Part shown: positions 47,408 through 59,455 of the stretch, in pieces | Layout: each line of letters opens with the position of its first letter | How positions within the stretch are numbered: position 1 is the first letter of the stretch | Source: Podospora anserina | Lineage: Eukaryota | Direction of reading: 5' to 3' | NCBI GenBank assembly: GCA_017654855.1 | Contig: CM030334.1 | Coordinates: 2,232,001-2,296,000 of the forward strand | DNA: 64,000 nt | Position numbers and translations under genes: made by a program | Notes under the pieces: model-generated | What the model was told of the DNA's origin: nothing | The model's database searches: none | The model's input: only the letters and a program-made list of their open reading frames with translations

Positions 47408-48480
47408 ATGAGTCACCAGCGTCACTTTTCCGACGCGGCGGTCAAGGAGCCTCACTCTGTGTCCCTCAAGGTTCTCCGGCACGTCTTTTTCCCTATCCAA
47501 CTATTATATCATGGGTGTCGACTAACAAATGGGGAAGTCTGACCCGGCCATCTCTCGTATCTCAATACCCCCTCTCACCACCTCTGTCCTCCTCCGCCAT
47601 TACGCCCCCTCCTCCCCTTCCCGCCTCGCTATCTTACTCCCCCTCCAGCACCAACCCGACCCCTTTCTTACTCTCCCCCATCCTCGCCCTCCCCCCAAGC
47701 TTCGGCTCGGCATATGTTGGGACAACCTTTTCTTGCACCCTCTGCGCGAATCATGACATCCCCCCCCCCATCGACGGCGGTCCCCCCCTGTCGGTGAAGA
47801 CGATCCGGGATGTCAAGATCGAAGCAGAGATGAAGACGCCTTCCTCTCCTACCCTCATCCCGCTGCTACCCCCCGGGAATGATGAGGGAACAGATCTCAG
47901 CCCGGGTGGGACACTCCAAAAGATTGTGAGTTTTGATCTACGGGAGGAGGGGGCGCACACGCTGGTGGTGCAGGTTAGTTACTACGAGGCTACGTCGACG
48001 AGCGGGAGGGCGAGGATGTTTAGGAAGTTGTATCAGTTTGTTTGCAAGGGGTTGTTGGTTGTGCGGACGAAGACTTCTGCGCTTGGGTTGGGGAAGCAGG
48101 GGAATAGGAGGTGGGTTTTGGAGGCGCAGGTTGAGAACTCGGGTGGTGGGGGGGAGACGGGGGATGGTGGGGGGGAGGTGGTGTTTATGGAGGAGATTGG
48201 CTTGGAGCTGGAAAAGGGGTTGAGGGGGAGGGATGTGAATTTCTGGGGGAGGGGCAGGGGGAGGGAGAAGGTTGTGCTTAGGGCTGGGGAGGGGGAGGAG
48301 GTGGTCTTTGTTGTTGAGGAGGAGGGGGAGTGGGATGGGAAGGAGGAGGAGGAGGGGAGGAAGGTTTTTGGGGTTTTGCAGATTGGGTGGAGGGGGGAGG
48401 GGGGTGGGAGGGGAAGTTTGGCTACGGGGAGGTTGGGGACCAGGGTTTTGAGGCCGAGGGAGGGTGATGCTGTTAGTTAA
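47408..48480 (+). CDS. TRAPPC13: TRAPP complex subunit 13 (DUF974/TRAPPC13-like), 2 exons
   Basis: KEPHSVSLKVLR|LTRPSL, LLSPILALPPSFGSAYVGTTFSCTLCANH, LQKIVSFDLREEGAHTLVVQVSY, RMFRKLYQF, VLEAQVEN. Intron 47479-47537 (GC donor). Confidence 0.85.
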
Positions 48481-48852
48481 GGTGTGATGGATGAGGATGG
48501 GGATGGGTCAGGGAGAACAGTGACTGACTGATGGGGCGGCGGGTTTGGCAATGGTTGGTGAATGTGGTTTACGGTGGGCGGGAGCAACCTTTCAGCGGTG
48601 GGAAATATAGACCCCAGGTCTGCTCTTGCTTACAGCGAAGTAGCTAGTTCATCCAAATTCATTCGGGTCCCCTAGCCCAGAGGTCGGTATTCTGAGTATG
48701 CTCCCAGGAGCAGGAGTCCGGAGAACACCCACTGGAGCTCTTCACGGTAGGTAGTTGGTTCGAGTACTCTCAAGTCTCTGTTTTTTTTGATCCTTTTTTG
48801 CGACTTTTTCATATATGGCACACCGCTTTGTAAGCCAAAAAGCTAAAGAGTA

Positions 48853-48983
48853 TTCGATGGAGAGCCTTGCAAAGACAGTCAATAGGCCTGCAAAGTTAAT
48901 TGGTACGCCCTCAAACCAGTTAACATGCCTTGAACATAAAGTTAATACGGCTCGAGATATAAAGTCGTCGAGAGGCCTTGTCA
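48853..48983 (-). repeat. 21-bp family array E (reverse orientation)
   Basis: 48874-48894 gacagtcaataggcctgcaaa (reverse complement tttgcaggcctattgactgtc), then gttaattggtacgccctcaaa, ccagttaacatgccttgaac. Confidence 0.7.
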
Positions 48984-50859
48984 GATTGGTTTTCGTTATC
49001 CTGGGATGCCTTTATCAACGAACAAGCCTGCTTTGAGTGGTGAAGAACGGGCTTGGAGTTTTGAAACCCGCGCAGTCTCCTTTTTACGGTTGCAGGCGTA
49101 GTGTCGATGTCTGTAAGTTCCTCCAAAAGCCATGATCGGTTGGTATGACCGTTAATACAATGGGATCTGTTACGGGTGATAAATAACAATGATGGTAGTG
49201 TCTGCCTTGGGCACTAGGGGACTTTGCTCATGATGGTATAATGTAGCATCTCTCAAACAATTTCCTTGCTCGACCATGTCAATTTTCTGCTTTTACAGCA
49301 AGTGACATCCACCCATGCAGATCAATCCATGTTCTCCCAGATCTGAATTACCACCTCCCAGGTCCAACTTGGTATAAACTTCCCACCTATGTACAAGGTC
49401 CAGGTCAGTAATCAACCTGAACCAACGATACCAACCTGGTTTTTTTTTTCTTTTTTCTTTTTTTGGTTTTTTTGACTGTCCCGTGTCTACCACCACAAGG
49501 TGCTATGGCTGAAACGCTGGGGATCGGTGGGTTTGGGTTTCGTTCCCCCAAGCCGTGCCGTCTCTTGTTACACTGCTGCGTCCACTAGGAAGTGAACTGG
49601 GGCTGCTGGGTGGAAATATATCATCAGACCGAGGCTTCGAAAGAAGGAGCAAGCTTTTCGTGTTATTTAGTATTGATGGTGCCTCTTCCGAGATTTCAGC
49701 CCGAAAAGAAGAAAAAAAGGTTGAGATGAACAGGTATCCAGATCCTGCATGAGTTTAGATATGGGAGAGTTGCTTGATTGGGATGGTTCTGCATGTGCAT
49801 ATGTGTGTGCATATATGTGTGCATTGTTGATGGGGAACCGTCAAAGTTCAGGAGAGGCCGGGATTGGTGTATGGCCTTGACATTATGATCTTGGACGATG
49901 GGCTCAACATTGGGCATCGGAGCTGCCGGCAGCTTCACCATCATCATCAAGGTTGTATGTAGTTGAGAGTTCGAGGTTGTTAAAGCAACTGGGCAGCAAA
50001 GCAGCAGGGCAATAATGCACCTTGATGGGGCCAAGAATGAGGGTTTTGGGTGTGAGTGGGTGGGAGAACCCTGGGTTGGTTTATGAACCCCTCCCCCCAC
50101 CTCACACGCTGACCCCTGAATACCTGATGATGCTGCTCGAGAAGATACCCGAGCGTATCGGGAACACGATCTCAACAACAACGAGTTACAAGGTATATCT
50201 CGTGTTTCCAACGCGCGAGCGATTTGGGGAGCTGCCGTCAGCCTTTTACCTCATGTCGTGTACTGTACCAGAAACAAAAGACATGGCAAAAAAAAAAAGT
50301 CTCCGTCGACGACGCCGGCTCCCGACGGGCGTCTGGCGTCAAGTTTGTTGGGCTTGGGTGTTTTTTTATTAATGAATAAGGGGGGGCAAAAGATGGAGGA
50401 TGGGGGGCAGGGAGGAGGGGGGCGCTTGCAAGGATATCGGCAGCAAAAGTTGCCCGTCGAGGATTGCCTATCAACAGGCGCAAAAGAAGACGATCTCGAT
50501 TTTACCGCCGCTTCCTGCCGCTGAAGCTGAGAGGACAGATAGAGAGGTGATTCCTGCTGCTTCCCCTGCATGATAATTGATCGTGTTTTCACCGTGTATG
50601 CGTAACTGTTGCTTGTCATAGTCAGAAGAAAAAGGCCATGATCAAGATGCCATGTGGCAGAGAGACTTCTGTATCTAGTTCTCTGGGCCTGTCCTACCTC
50701 GCACGGCGTTATCGAAGGTGCCTGGAGGCTGCCATCACTGCAGACGCCTCTCCCCACGGGTGGAAGTGAGGTGTGGTGCGGCCAAAAGGGGGGGCCACCA
50801 CACCATATACTACTGCGTGATATAGGGAATTTGACTCTGTGGTTGTTGTTTCCCATGGA

Positions 50860-50886
50860 TATATATTATATATATATATATATATA
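50860..50886. repeat. (TA)n microsatellite
   Basis: tatatattatatatatatatatatata. Confidence 0.85.
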
Positions 50887-52269
50887 AAACAATGAATATC
50901 ACAGCTGAACAACGCCCATGATGCCGTGTCATAATAAATGGCGTAGATACCTAACGTGATATATACTCCGTAATAATGATCAAAGGGTTCTGTCGGATCT
51001 GCTCGGCTGTGGTGGTGCATCGATCGACAATCAACGGTCCCCTTTGGGAACCCTGGAAAAAAGACCCCTTCCACTCCGTTCCCCAGATCAGACCCCCAGG
51101 TCCGGTGGAGGTGTGCCTCGTGTTGGAATGCGCCTGAAGTCGAAAAAAGAGTGAGATCCAGAGGTTGCCTGCAGGTCAATCTCTCTCCACGTTACGCCAA
51201 AGAAGACGCGTTTGCTTCAAGCAACAAGAGAACAGAAAGGAAAAAAGAAAAAAAAAAGCAATAAAAAAGCAAGAAAAAAGTCCAACGTCTCTCTCGCTCG
51301 CTCGCTCATCTTTCCCGACCAGGGCTTGTCCATCGTGTTTTAGCGTCAGGGGGTTCTACGAATAGCATCGCTAGCTTCCGCGATGGTCCAGTTCAGTTTC
51401 GACCGCGGCTGGACAGGCCACTACCCCCCGCTCGTACATGTGGGAATCTGGAAACGGTTTTTGGTTTCTGACTGGGACGAGAGAGAGTCTGGACTTGTCT
51501 AGTGTCGTCGTTGATCATGGATGCGATGTGTGTCGTGATTGAGAGGGGGAAGTTCAGTTAGGTACCTAAAGGACAGGGGCCCTGCCAGAAATGGGGGGTG
51601 GGCAGCTGGGGGGGCACGCAGGGGTTTTCGGTGCGGCACCTCCTGCAGCCAGCGACAAGGGTCAGCTTTTTAGGCCTAAATGCAGATGCACGTCCTGGGA
51701 CGTCCATCCACCTCCATCCCCCTGGGGGCAGGCAAATCCCCAGAAATAAGAAAAATATTCCTACCTGTTGCCCTTCCAAAACAACGGGCAACCTCCATCC
51801 CGAAGCAAAGAACAGCTCCAGACGCGCCCTGTTTCTGTCCTTTCACTCTATTTGACCGTCCCATCCCATCCAAATCCCGCCGGGCTCTTTCTGCCCACCT
51901 CCACCCCCGACCGCCTTCGATAACGGTGGTGCATCTGCTACCTACCAGGTATCTCGTGAGGTGCCCAACACCCAGTCGACGACATCCAAGCTCTGGTAGA
52001 CTTGGGAAAAAGGCAGTGTGTTCAGGGGGCGGGGGCCGCTCTTGTCTCTGCCCACCATCTATCTCACCGCGGGACCCAGGTGCCAACTTGAAGTGTAGAC
52101 GAACCAAAGTCGCGCTCACCGACACCAACACCCACACCGATCACCCGCATCCACCGCACCCATCCATACCCACCTCGCGCCTGGCGATCAACTGCGACTG
52201 ACTGCCTGCCCTTTGTTCCACCCGCAGGGTGCCGATAACGAACCGATACACCACAAGAACAAGACCGAG

Positions 52270-52300
52270 AACAAGAACAAGAACAAGAACAAGAACAAGA
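52270..52300 (+). repeat. (AAGAAC)n hexamer repeat in the DENN gene 5' leader
   Basis: aacaagaacaagaacaagaacaagaacaaga. Confidence 0.8.
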
Positions 52301-52329
52301 AAAGAGTCACCGCGTGGCTGTGATATGCC

Positions 52330-55300
52330 ATGGACGGCAACAATACTTCGGCTCCCCTTGCCGACTACTTCTGGATTGCAGGCATAGAAGACGTTAGATA
52401 CGACGATGAACCAGCCTCCCAGTTGGACGTCGAGGACACCATCGTCGAGGACGAGGATGGAGAGGCGGAGACCGACCGGTCGGTAGCGACGCCGTCGCGC
52501 GCCACGGCTCGTCACTCGCGCCAGAACTCGGCTAACCGTTTGTCCGTCATGTCTAAGCTCTCCCTATCCGGTAGCGAAGAACCATCTCAGGATGACGTCG
52601 AGGAGAAGGACATTACCAAAAGTAACCGTAGCAGCGCAACCATCCGGCCGAACCCCCCGCCCAGCCTCAACACCGGCCTTGCCAACGGCACCAACGCCAC
52701 CAACGCCACCAACGGCTTTGATCTGGGAAGCTTGGGCGGAGGACAAGGCATTGGATTCGATGGATTCCCCGCCGACTTTGACTTTGACAAGGCCCTCCTC
52801 AAGTTTGCCGCCGAACGCGAGAACTTCCTCGACGACCTGACCTTCAGCGCAGGCGCAAGGGTCCAGTCGAGACCGCCCATGGTAAACCCCAGGACCGAGA
52901 GACTCAAGGCCGAGGACGCCGAGAGCGGGAGAAAGAGCCCTCTGAAGAGCATCCGCGGCAGCATTCGCCGCAAGATGAGTTTTAGGGATATGAGCAGCGT
53001 GAGAAAGCAGCCAATGACTCCTCGAGCGGGTACGTGTAGCAGATCGGCATCGACAGACTCTCTCGCTGCCTTGGAATCCCTGCCATCTGCGGTTCGTGTG
53101 CTGACTGTAGGATCTCTAGCCTCTATCCGGACGGCGAAGCGCCTGAGCAACTACAACTCCGTCATCCCACCCCCGGAACCGCTGAACCTCGATCCAGACA
53201 TGCACCCGCTTAAGAGGCGGTTTGAGCCAGTTCTGCTTGATCGATACCCCCCGCGAGACGCCTCGGCCGACGACCTGGCCAGGAGAGGAAAGTTCCCCGA
53301 CTACGTGCCCATGTTTGCCTTTCCCAACGACATCCAGATTGTCTCCTCGGACGACCGGCCTCGCTCGACCTGGCACGGATTCACCATGACGTCGGACGAC
53401 AACTCCAAGATTTACGGCATTACCATCATTGTCTGGGTGGCACTGCACGCAGAGGTGGCGGACGAGGTCGAGAAGAGGTGCGAGCGGTGGCGACAAAGAC
53501 ACATGAGCAACGAGGAAAGGGAACTCGCTGCTAGTCTTGGCGGCCGTCTAGCCGCAGAGCGGGCCTATCTGTCACAGCTGCTCGCGAAGCTGGGTACCGT
53601 CCCCTCGGGATCAGCCGCCCGCGAGTCTCTGGACGAGCAGATTAGCGCGGTGGAGGAAAAGATCGCGCTCATGACGGAGATGCTGAGGCCGTTGAGGCAT
53701 GGCGCGGCGTCCAAGATTGACGGTCTGACCGCCGGCGAGACGGGCCTCTGGGCTCCTAGGGCGTTTGGCATTTTGGGTAGAGATCCAGCCAAGATGCAGT
53801 TTTGGAAAGAATGGTTGCGAGCTGTCACGGTACCCATGACAGACGGCGCCGTTCTCCGGATCCCGCCGAGCTCGCCCAAGGTTGGACGCTGGCAGCCTTT
53901 GGAGCGCTATGTCGTGAACCTCTGCACCGAAGCTTTTAGCCCCCTCAGTTCTCTGACCCAGGTGGAGTTGGGCGTGCGAGAGCTGCGGCTGTATGCCCGC
54001 AAGGAGGCTGCCAATGAGCTTCCTGGATCGCGCAGCATTGATATCTACGCCCTGTTCAGATGCCTGTCTCTGGAAAACATCGTCCTGCTCTTCGAGTATG
54101 CCATGTCGGAAGGACGCATCATCTTCCTCTCATCACACACTGGCATGCTGCACCTTGCCTGCCATGCGCTGGCCAATTTGCTGTACCCCTTGAAATGGGC
54201 GAGCATCTTTATTCCGGTCTTGCCTGCCCGACTCATCTCGGCCCTGGAAGCCCCTTGCCCCTATATTGTTGGTATTGAGAGACGCTACGAGAAGATTGAG
54301 CTTCCCGACGACGACTACGTCCTTGTGGACCTCGACAAAGACAGCATCGACGCCACACACCAAGCGGCCAGCCTGCCACGGCAGCACCGACGAAAGCTTC
54401 TCTCGCTCCTTCAGATCGCCGCTCCTCACAGACTGAGATATGGAGTCACACCGGGACCACCCCCATATGCAATCGAGGCCTTCCCATACGACGCGTACTC
54501 GGCAGAAAACGAGACGCTGTTCAACCCCCTCCCGATGAAGAGCTCACTGGGCAAGTGGGTGTCGCAAAACTCATCCACCTTTGCCGAGCCAGACCCGCCA
54601 GAGTGCATCCGGACGCCGTTGTTCAACGCTTTTGCCCAGGCCAAGCTTGACCCTTCCAGGATGGAGCGGCCGCCGACGTCCAAGTCCAGCAAGGGCAGCC
54701 CGCCGTCGTCTGTCTCGCCCGTGTCGATGAACTTTCCCCCCATGCCCATCACTCCCATCTCCAGGAGCGATTCCGGGTTTGCGGCTACGCTGAGGGAGAA
54801 GCGCTCTGGGCATTTTGACGAGAGGTCGAGGCGCAGCTCCTCGTTTGGGGTGGACAAGCAGCCTCCCCATCCTTCCATGGCCCACCGCCCGAGCCTGCCT
54901 TTTCTGAACGGCCACACGCAGAACATGTCCATCTCGGCCATCTCGATCGACTCGCAGTCTTCGTTTGGGGGTTATGCGCCCTCGACGTATGCGCAGTCGA
55001 CGATTGCTGCCTCGACCATCATGCCCAACATGATGGTGCAGCCGGTTAAAAATACGGAGAATACCGTCTGGGTGGAGGGACACTGCTTCAACTGGGAGCC
55101 GACGGAGACGGGGTCTACGTGCACGGTGTGCGACGAGAGGTCGGAGGGGGATGGGCTGTATAAATGCAACGGGTGTGACTGTTTGAGTCACAACAGGTGC
55201 TTGGGGTTTGTGAGCCTGGTGTGCCCGGAGGCGTTCCATCCGGACAGGGTGAGGGCCGCGTTTGTGAGGTGTCTGGCTAGTTTGCTGTATACGTACCGGA

Positions 55301-55939
55301 AGCATTTGGGGAGGCCGACGAGGGAGCAGAAGGGGCACGGGCAGTTGTATGCGTTTGATATGGATGGGTTTGTTAGGAGTTTGCCGTATGATCAGCAGGA
55401 GTATGCTACTATGATGAGGGACACGCAGGGTATGTTTCCCCTTTCTAAGGGTGTCAAGACAAAACTGACGAAGTGTAGCATTCAACGAATTCATCCACGA
55501 GCGCGAGAGACAACCGCAATCGGACCCAGCGATTCGCCTCTTTGACGAGGTCATTCTGGCCAAGAAGGCGAGGGGGAAGCCGACGTTTTCTGCTGGCCTG
55601 TCCCGTCTGTCCACCTTGAGGGCATCTCATGGGTTAACGCCCTCTTACATGGGCGGGGGACATAACCGTCAGGGAGCGAAAGTGCCGAGTTATTTGGGGG
55701 ACACGAGCGATCATATCTGGAGGACGGCGTCGGTGCCGGTGCCGAGCGCGAAGTTTTCGGGGGATTACAGGAGTGTGGTCACGAGGGTGCCGGTGAGGTT
55801 GGATCCGGGCTTGATGAAGGAGCCGAGGGCGATTCAAGGGGTTCCGAGCGCGGGGGGGATGGGGGGGAGGAAGAAGGTGCAGAGGAAGCAGGTTGCTAGT
55901 ATGCTGGGGGCGCCGGCGGAGTTTGTGGTGCCGAAGTAG
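52330..55939 (+). CDS. DENN-domain Rab GEF (uDENN/cDENN/dDENN) with C1-like Cys/His domain, 3 exons
   Basis: PLADYFWIAGIE, HPLKRRFEPVLLDRYP, YVPMFAFPNDI, TWHGFTMT, LFRCLSLENIV..EGRIIFLS, IFIPVLPARL..LEAPCPYIVGIE, EGHCF..CTVC..YKCNGC..HNRC..C, RAAFVRCLASL. Introns about 53030-53119 and 55429-55478. Confidence 0.88.
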
Positions 55940-56928
55940 GGTAGGGTAGGGTAGGGGTAGGGGGGCGCGTGTTGATTAGGGAAGTGGTTAACTGGGAATT
56001 TGGGTTGTTGTTTGGGGGGTGTTTTTCATTTGGTTTGGTTGAAAGCGTTGGTTTTTTTTGGGTTTTTAAAGTAGTGTCTTGATAATCTTTTTTTTGTGTG
56101 TTGCTTGCAGGGAAGGGGGGATGGGTAGGGAGGGAGGGAGGGAGAGGGAGAGGGAGAGGGTGGCTATCATCAGATTTATTTATTTTTGATATCATTTGGG
56201 GTTTTGGGGCTTGGGGGGGGGGAGTGGTGGGAGAGCATCTGGGAGGTTTTGTTCTGCGCGATAGGTTGAGCCACAAGAGAGAGTGGGAGAGAGAAATACA
56301 TGCAAAGCAGACACACAGAGGGAAGTTGTTGTTGTAATCTTTGTAAGATAGAGGAAGAAAGAAAGAAAGAAAGGTTGTAATCATTGTTGGTTAGCAAATC
56401 TCTTTTTTTTGCTTTTCTTTTTTTCGTTTTTTTTTTCTTTTTTTCTTGGGAGGAGGAGGGTGGCTAGGTTAAGGGGAAAATAACACATACATAGCATCAT
56501 AGGAGGGAGGGGTGTGAAGGGAGGAATGGGAGAGATGAATAAATGCAAAGCGTTGAGCACAAACTTTGGTGGTAAACAACCAATGATGCCTTCTCAGAGA
56601 GTACAAACAAACAAATCTAAAGTCCGCCTCGAAATATCTACTACATGTTCCTGAGCCAGCTCAAGCATGAGGTAAATCACATTGAGTCCAGGATGTTTAA
56701 AATGAAAGAAATGGAACATCGCTAACAAAAGGAAAAACCATGCAAGGTTGATTTCCATGTGTGTGAAGATGCCTGGCTACATGCTTGCTCTATGCAACCA
56801 ACCCAATGCGTAAACCTCCCCTCAAGGTATCGAAAAAATAAATGGTATCATACTCCCCCAACGTCCCCCTATTCCTACACAGAACAACCCACCCCCCTTC
56901 CAAACACCGGCATATACAACACCCCGGA

Positions 56929-57568
56929 CTAAGCCTTCATCGGCCCCCCATCTCCAGAAGTGTCCTTATCCTTCCCCTTTCCAGGCGGTTTAATCCCATA
57001 ATCAGGCATCTTCTCATACGCATTCGGGCTCGGCTTTCTCTTTCTTCTTTTACTCCCCCCCTCATCCCCGTTCTTTTTCCTTCCCCTGCTGTGATGATGA
57101 TGATGATGTCCGTTGCACTTGTCGTCGTCGTTGTGATTGTGAACACGTCTTTTCCCACCATCTGATTTCCCTTGTCGGTCGAGGTCACCCTTTCCACCAT
57201 CGGAATCCGAGTCGGAGTCGGAAGAGTCAGAGGAGGAGGATTCGGAGGAGGATTCGTCGACGCCTTTGGGGCGGTGGTAGATGCAGCATACTGGTGGGGT
57301 TTAGCTTGGAGAAAGGGGAAGGGGAAAGGGAGAGGAGGGAATAGATACCTTTTGACTTCTTGCGGTTCAGACCTTCATTGTCTATGACGTCTTCTGACCA
57401 TTGCACCGTTCGTGAACTGGGGGCGTGGGCACCACGGAGGCGGAGGATGGCTTGTGGGGGGGAGGTTGAGGTTGTGATGATTGTTTGGGTGGTTGATATG
57501 GTGCCTGTTCTGGGTTCGCGTTGGTGCTGTTGGGTTGTTGGGTGGGAGGGGGTATCGTTGGAGGACAT
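56929..57568 (-). CDS. YPI1: Type 1 protein phosphatase regulator (inhibitor-3 / PPP1R11), 2 exons
   Basis: ILRLRG..RTVQWSEDVIDNEGLNRKKSK|VCCIYHRPKGVDESSSESSSSDSSD...KRKPSPNAYEKMP. Intron about 57347-57290. Confidence 0.92.
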
Positions 57569-59455
57569 TCTGGCTTTGATATGGGGCGTAGAGAGGGCAG
57601 TCAGTCGTCGAGGTGCTTGGCCAGAAGTCGAGGGAGAGAGAATCTCGCGGGATATCGACAGTGCGGGGTTGTGTTGGGCTGTGACACAAAGCTAGACCTG
57701 TAGAGTGACACAGTCAAAGCGGAAACAGACGCAAGTTGCTTGGGTATCGAGACAGAGACACAGAGCGATATGGCCTGTGATTGATGCTCAAAAAGTTGGG
57801 TGGAGTGATGATGTTCTGCTTAAGAATCAGGCTATGGCTGGGTCAGAAAGAGAGCCCCACGGCACGGCATGTGTGGTCTGTGGTTGTGGTTGTGGCGCAC
57901 AGACGTCAGCCAGCGAGAGATGTGGGGCGTCGATCCCGAAACAAAAATCTGGGGTTTCGTTCTGGAAGCTTGTCTTGGACCCTGGCTCCCCCGGCTGGGC
58001 TTGCAGCGGAACATCGACCCGGTCCCGAACTTCCAATCTGAGAGGAGCTGACCCATCCTTTCAAACGGTCGATATTGATTGATAGACCCCTGACAAGAGC
58101 TGGGATGGGTATGGGGGAATAGAGGAGGCAGGCTTATGCGATGTAACCAATGGGGTTGAGTGCCGGTTTTCAGGGTCCTTTAATAATATGTCAATGAATG
58201 TTTTGTTTGTACCTAGGTATGTCGGGTGCCTTGCATTCGACTCAACACCGCAGTAGTATACATAGCAGGGTGATGTGATGGGATGAGTAGGCTTGAACCT
58301 CAACCGGCAAGAGCGAACTGTAGCAGCCTGGATTCTTATTACTGGAAGAGCAGCAAAATAGAGTCGTTCCAGAATACAATAAATGTGATGGGCCTGGAAT
58401 ACCTGGCGGCAACTGTCCTTCGACTTCTTCTTGGCGGTGTCTCCCAAACCTCTCCCAGTTTCCTTCACGCAAACCCATTTTCATCCCAATCTTTGAGGGG
58501 ATACCAGTCCCCAGCATCTGCCAGAGAGGAGATGCCAGCTGCGGTCGATATGCCCTGGAAATTAACAGCCGGCAGCCAGAGCGAGATACCCCAACCAGGC
58601 GGGAGCACGCGGCGACGGCGAGGATCATGCCCGCCAGCTTCAATGATGTCGCACCGAACTCACTTCTGAAGGCCGGCTCGTTCAACTGGTTGATACACAG
58701 AGAGGGACTGCTTTCACAAGACATGTTCAAGAAGCAGGCGGGGCATTGAACACTTACTGCCGAGACAGTTCGCTTTCACCCTCCCCCTCGTCGCAGCCTG
58801 TTGACCAAAGGATTTCTTTGCCGGCCACTTGCGACTTCTGCGACTTCTGCGACCTCTTCTGCTGCTTCATTCTTCTCTTTTTCAACAAGAAGAGGCTTCC
58901 TCCTGCAGCAACCCACACAGTCCAGGACAGGCGCTGGTGACGTCAAATCAGAGCTCAAGTATCACAGCAGGAGGGAAGCGGCATCCCGATCGCGCAAACA
59001 GAAACAGAAACTGAAAACTGAACCTGTCCTAATCGGGCTCACATCGTCGCATCGCCATTTCCTTTTCCATCTCCAGATTCAGATCCAGAAGCCCGGTGAG
59101 GTTGGTTGGGTGCCCGACTCCCGAGTCGCCGCCTTCTCAGTCCTCCCTCGCGACTGCCTCTTGAGCTCGCTGCTTTGCGACGGGCCCCCCTCGAAACAGG
59201 AAGTCACACTCAGAGTAACAGCAACCTCACCTCCAAGAGACGACAACATCACACCTTCCTTTATCAAGAACACACCTTCTTTTGTGACGACACCCCTTCC
59301 TTCCATCATAAGAGGCACTCCTTCCCCTTCAAGAGAAGCCGACACCTTCCTTCGGAGAGAACACATCTTGCTGCGGCAGCATCACGCCTTCCTTGGACAG
59401 CCAGGCATCCAGCACCATCCTTCCTCCAGCAGAACCCCTCCTTCCCGTCCTCATC

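Noticed and set aside
48690-48810. B-box-like GGTTCGAGTAC followed by T-runs, and 5S-like words (acccactgga, gtagttgg): possible tRNA, 5S or other Pol III gene
   Set aside because: No pairing T-stem or cloverleaf, and the spacing of the 5S-like words is far too short; an Rfam or tRNAscan run would be needed to revive it.
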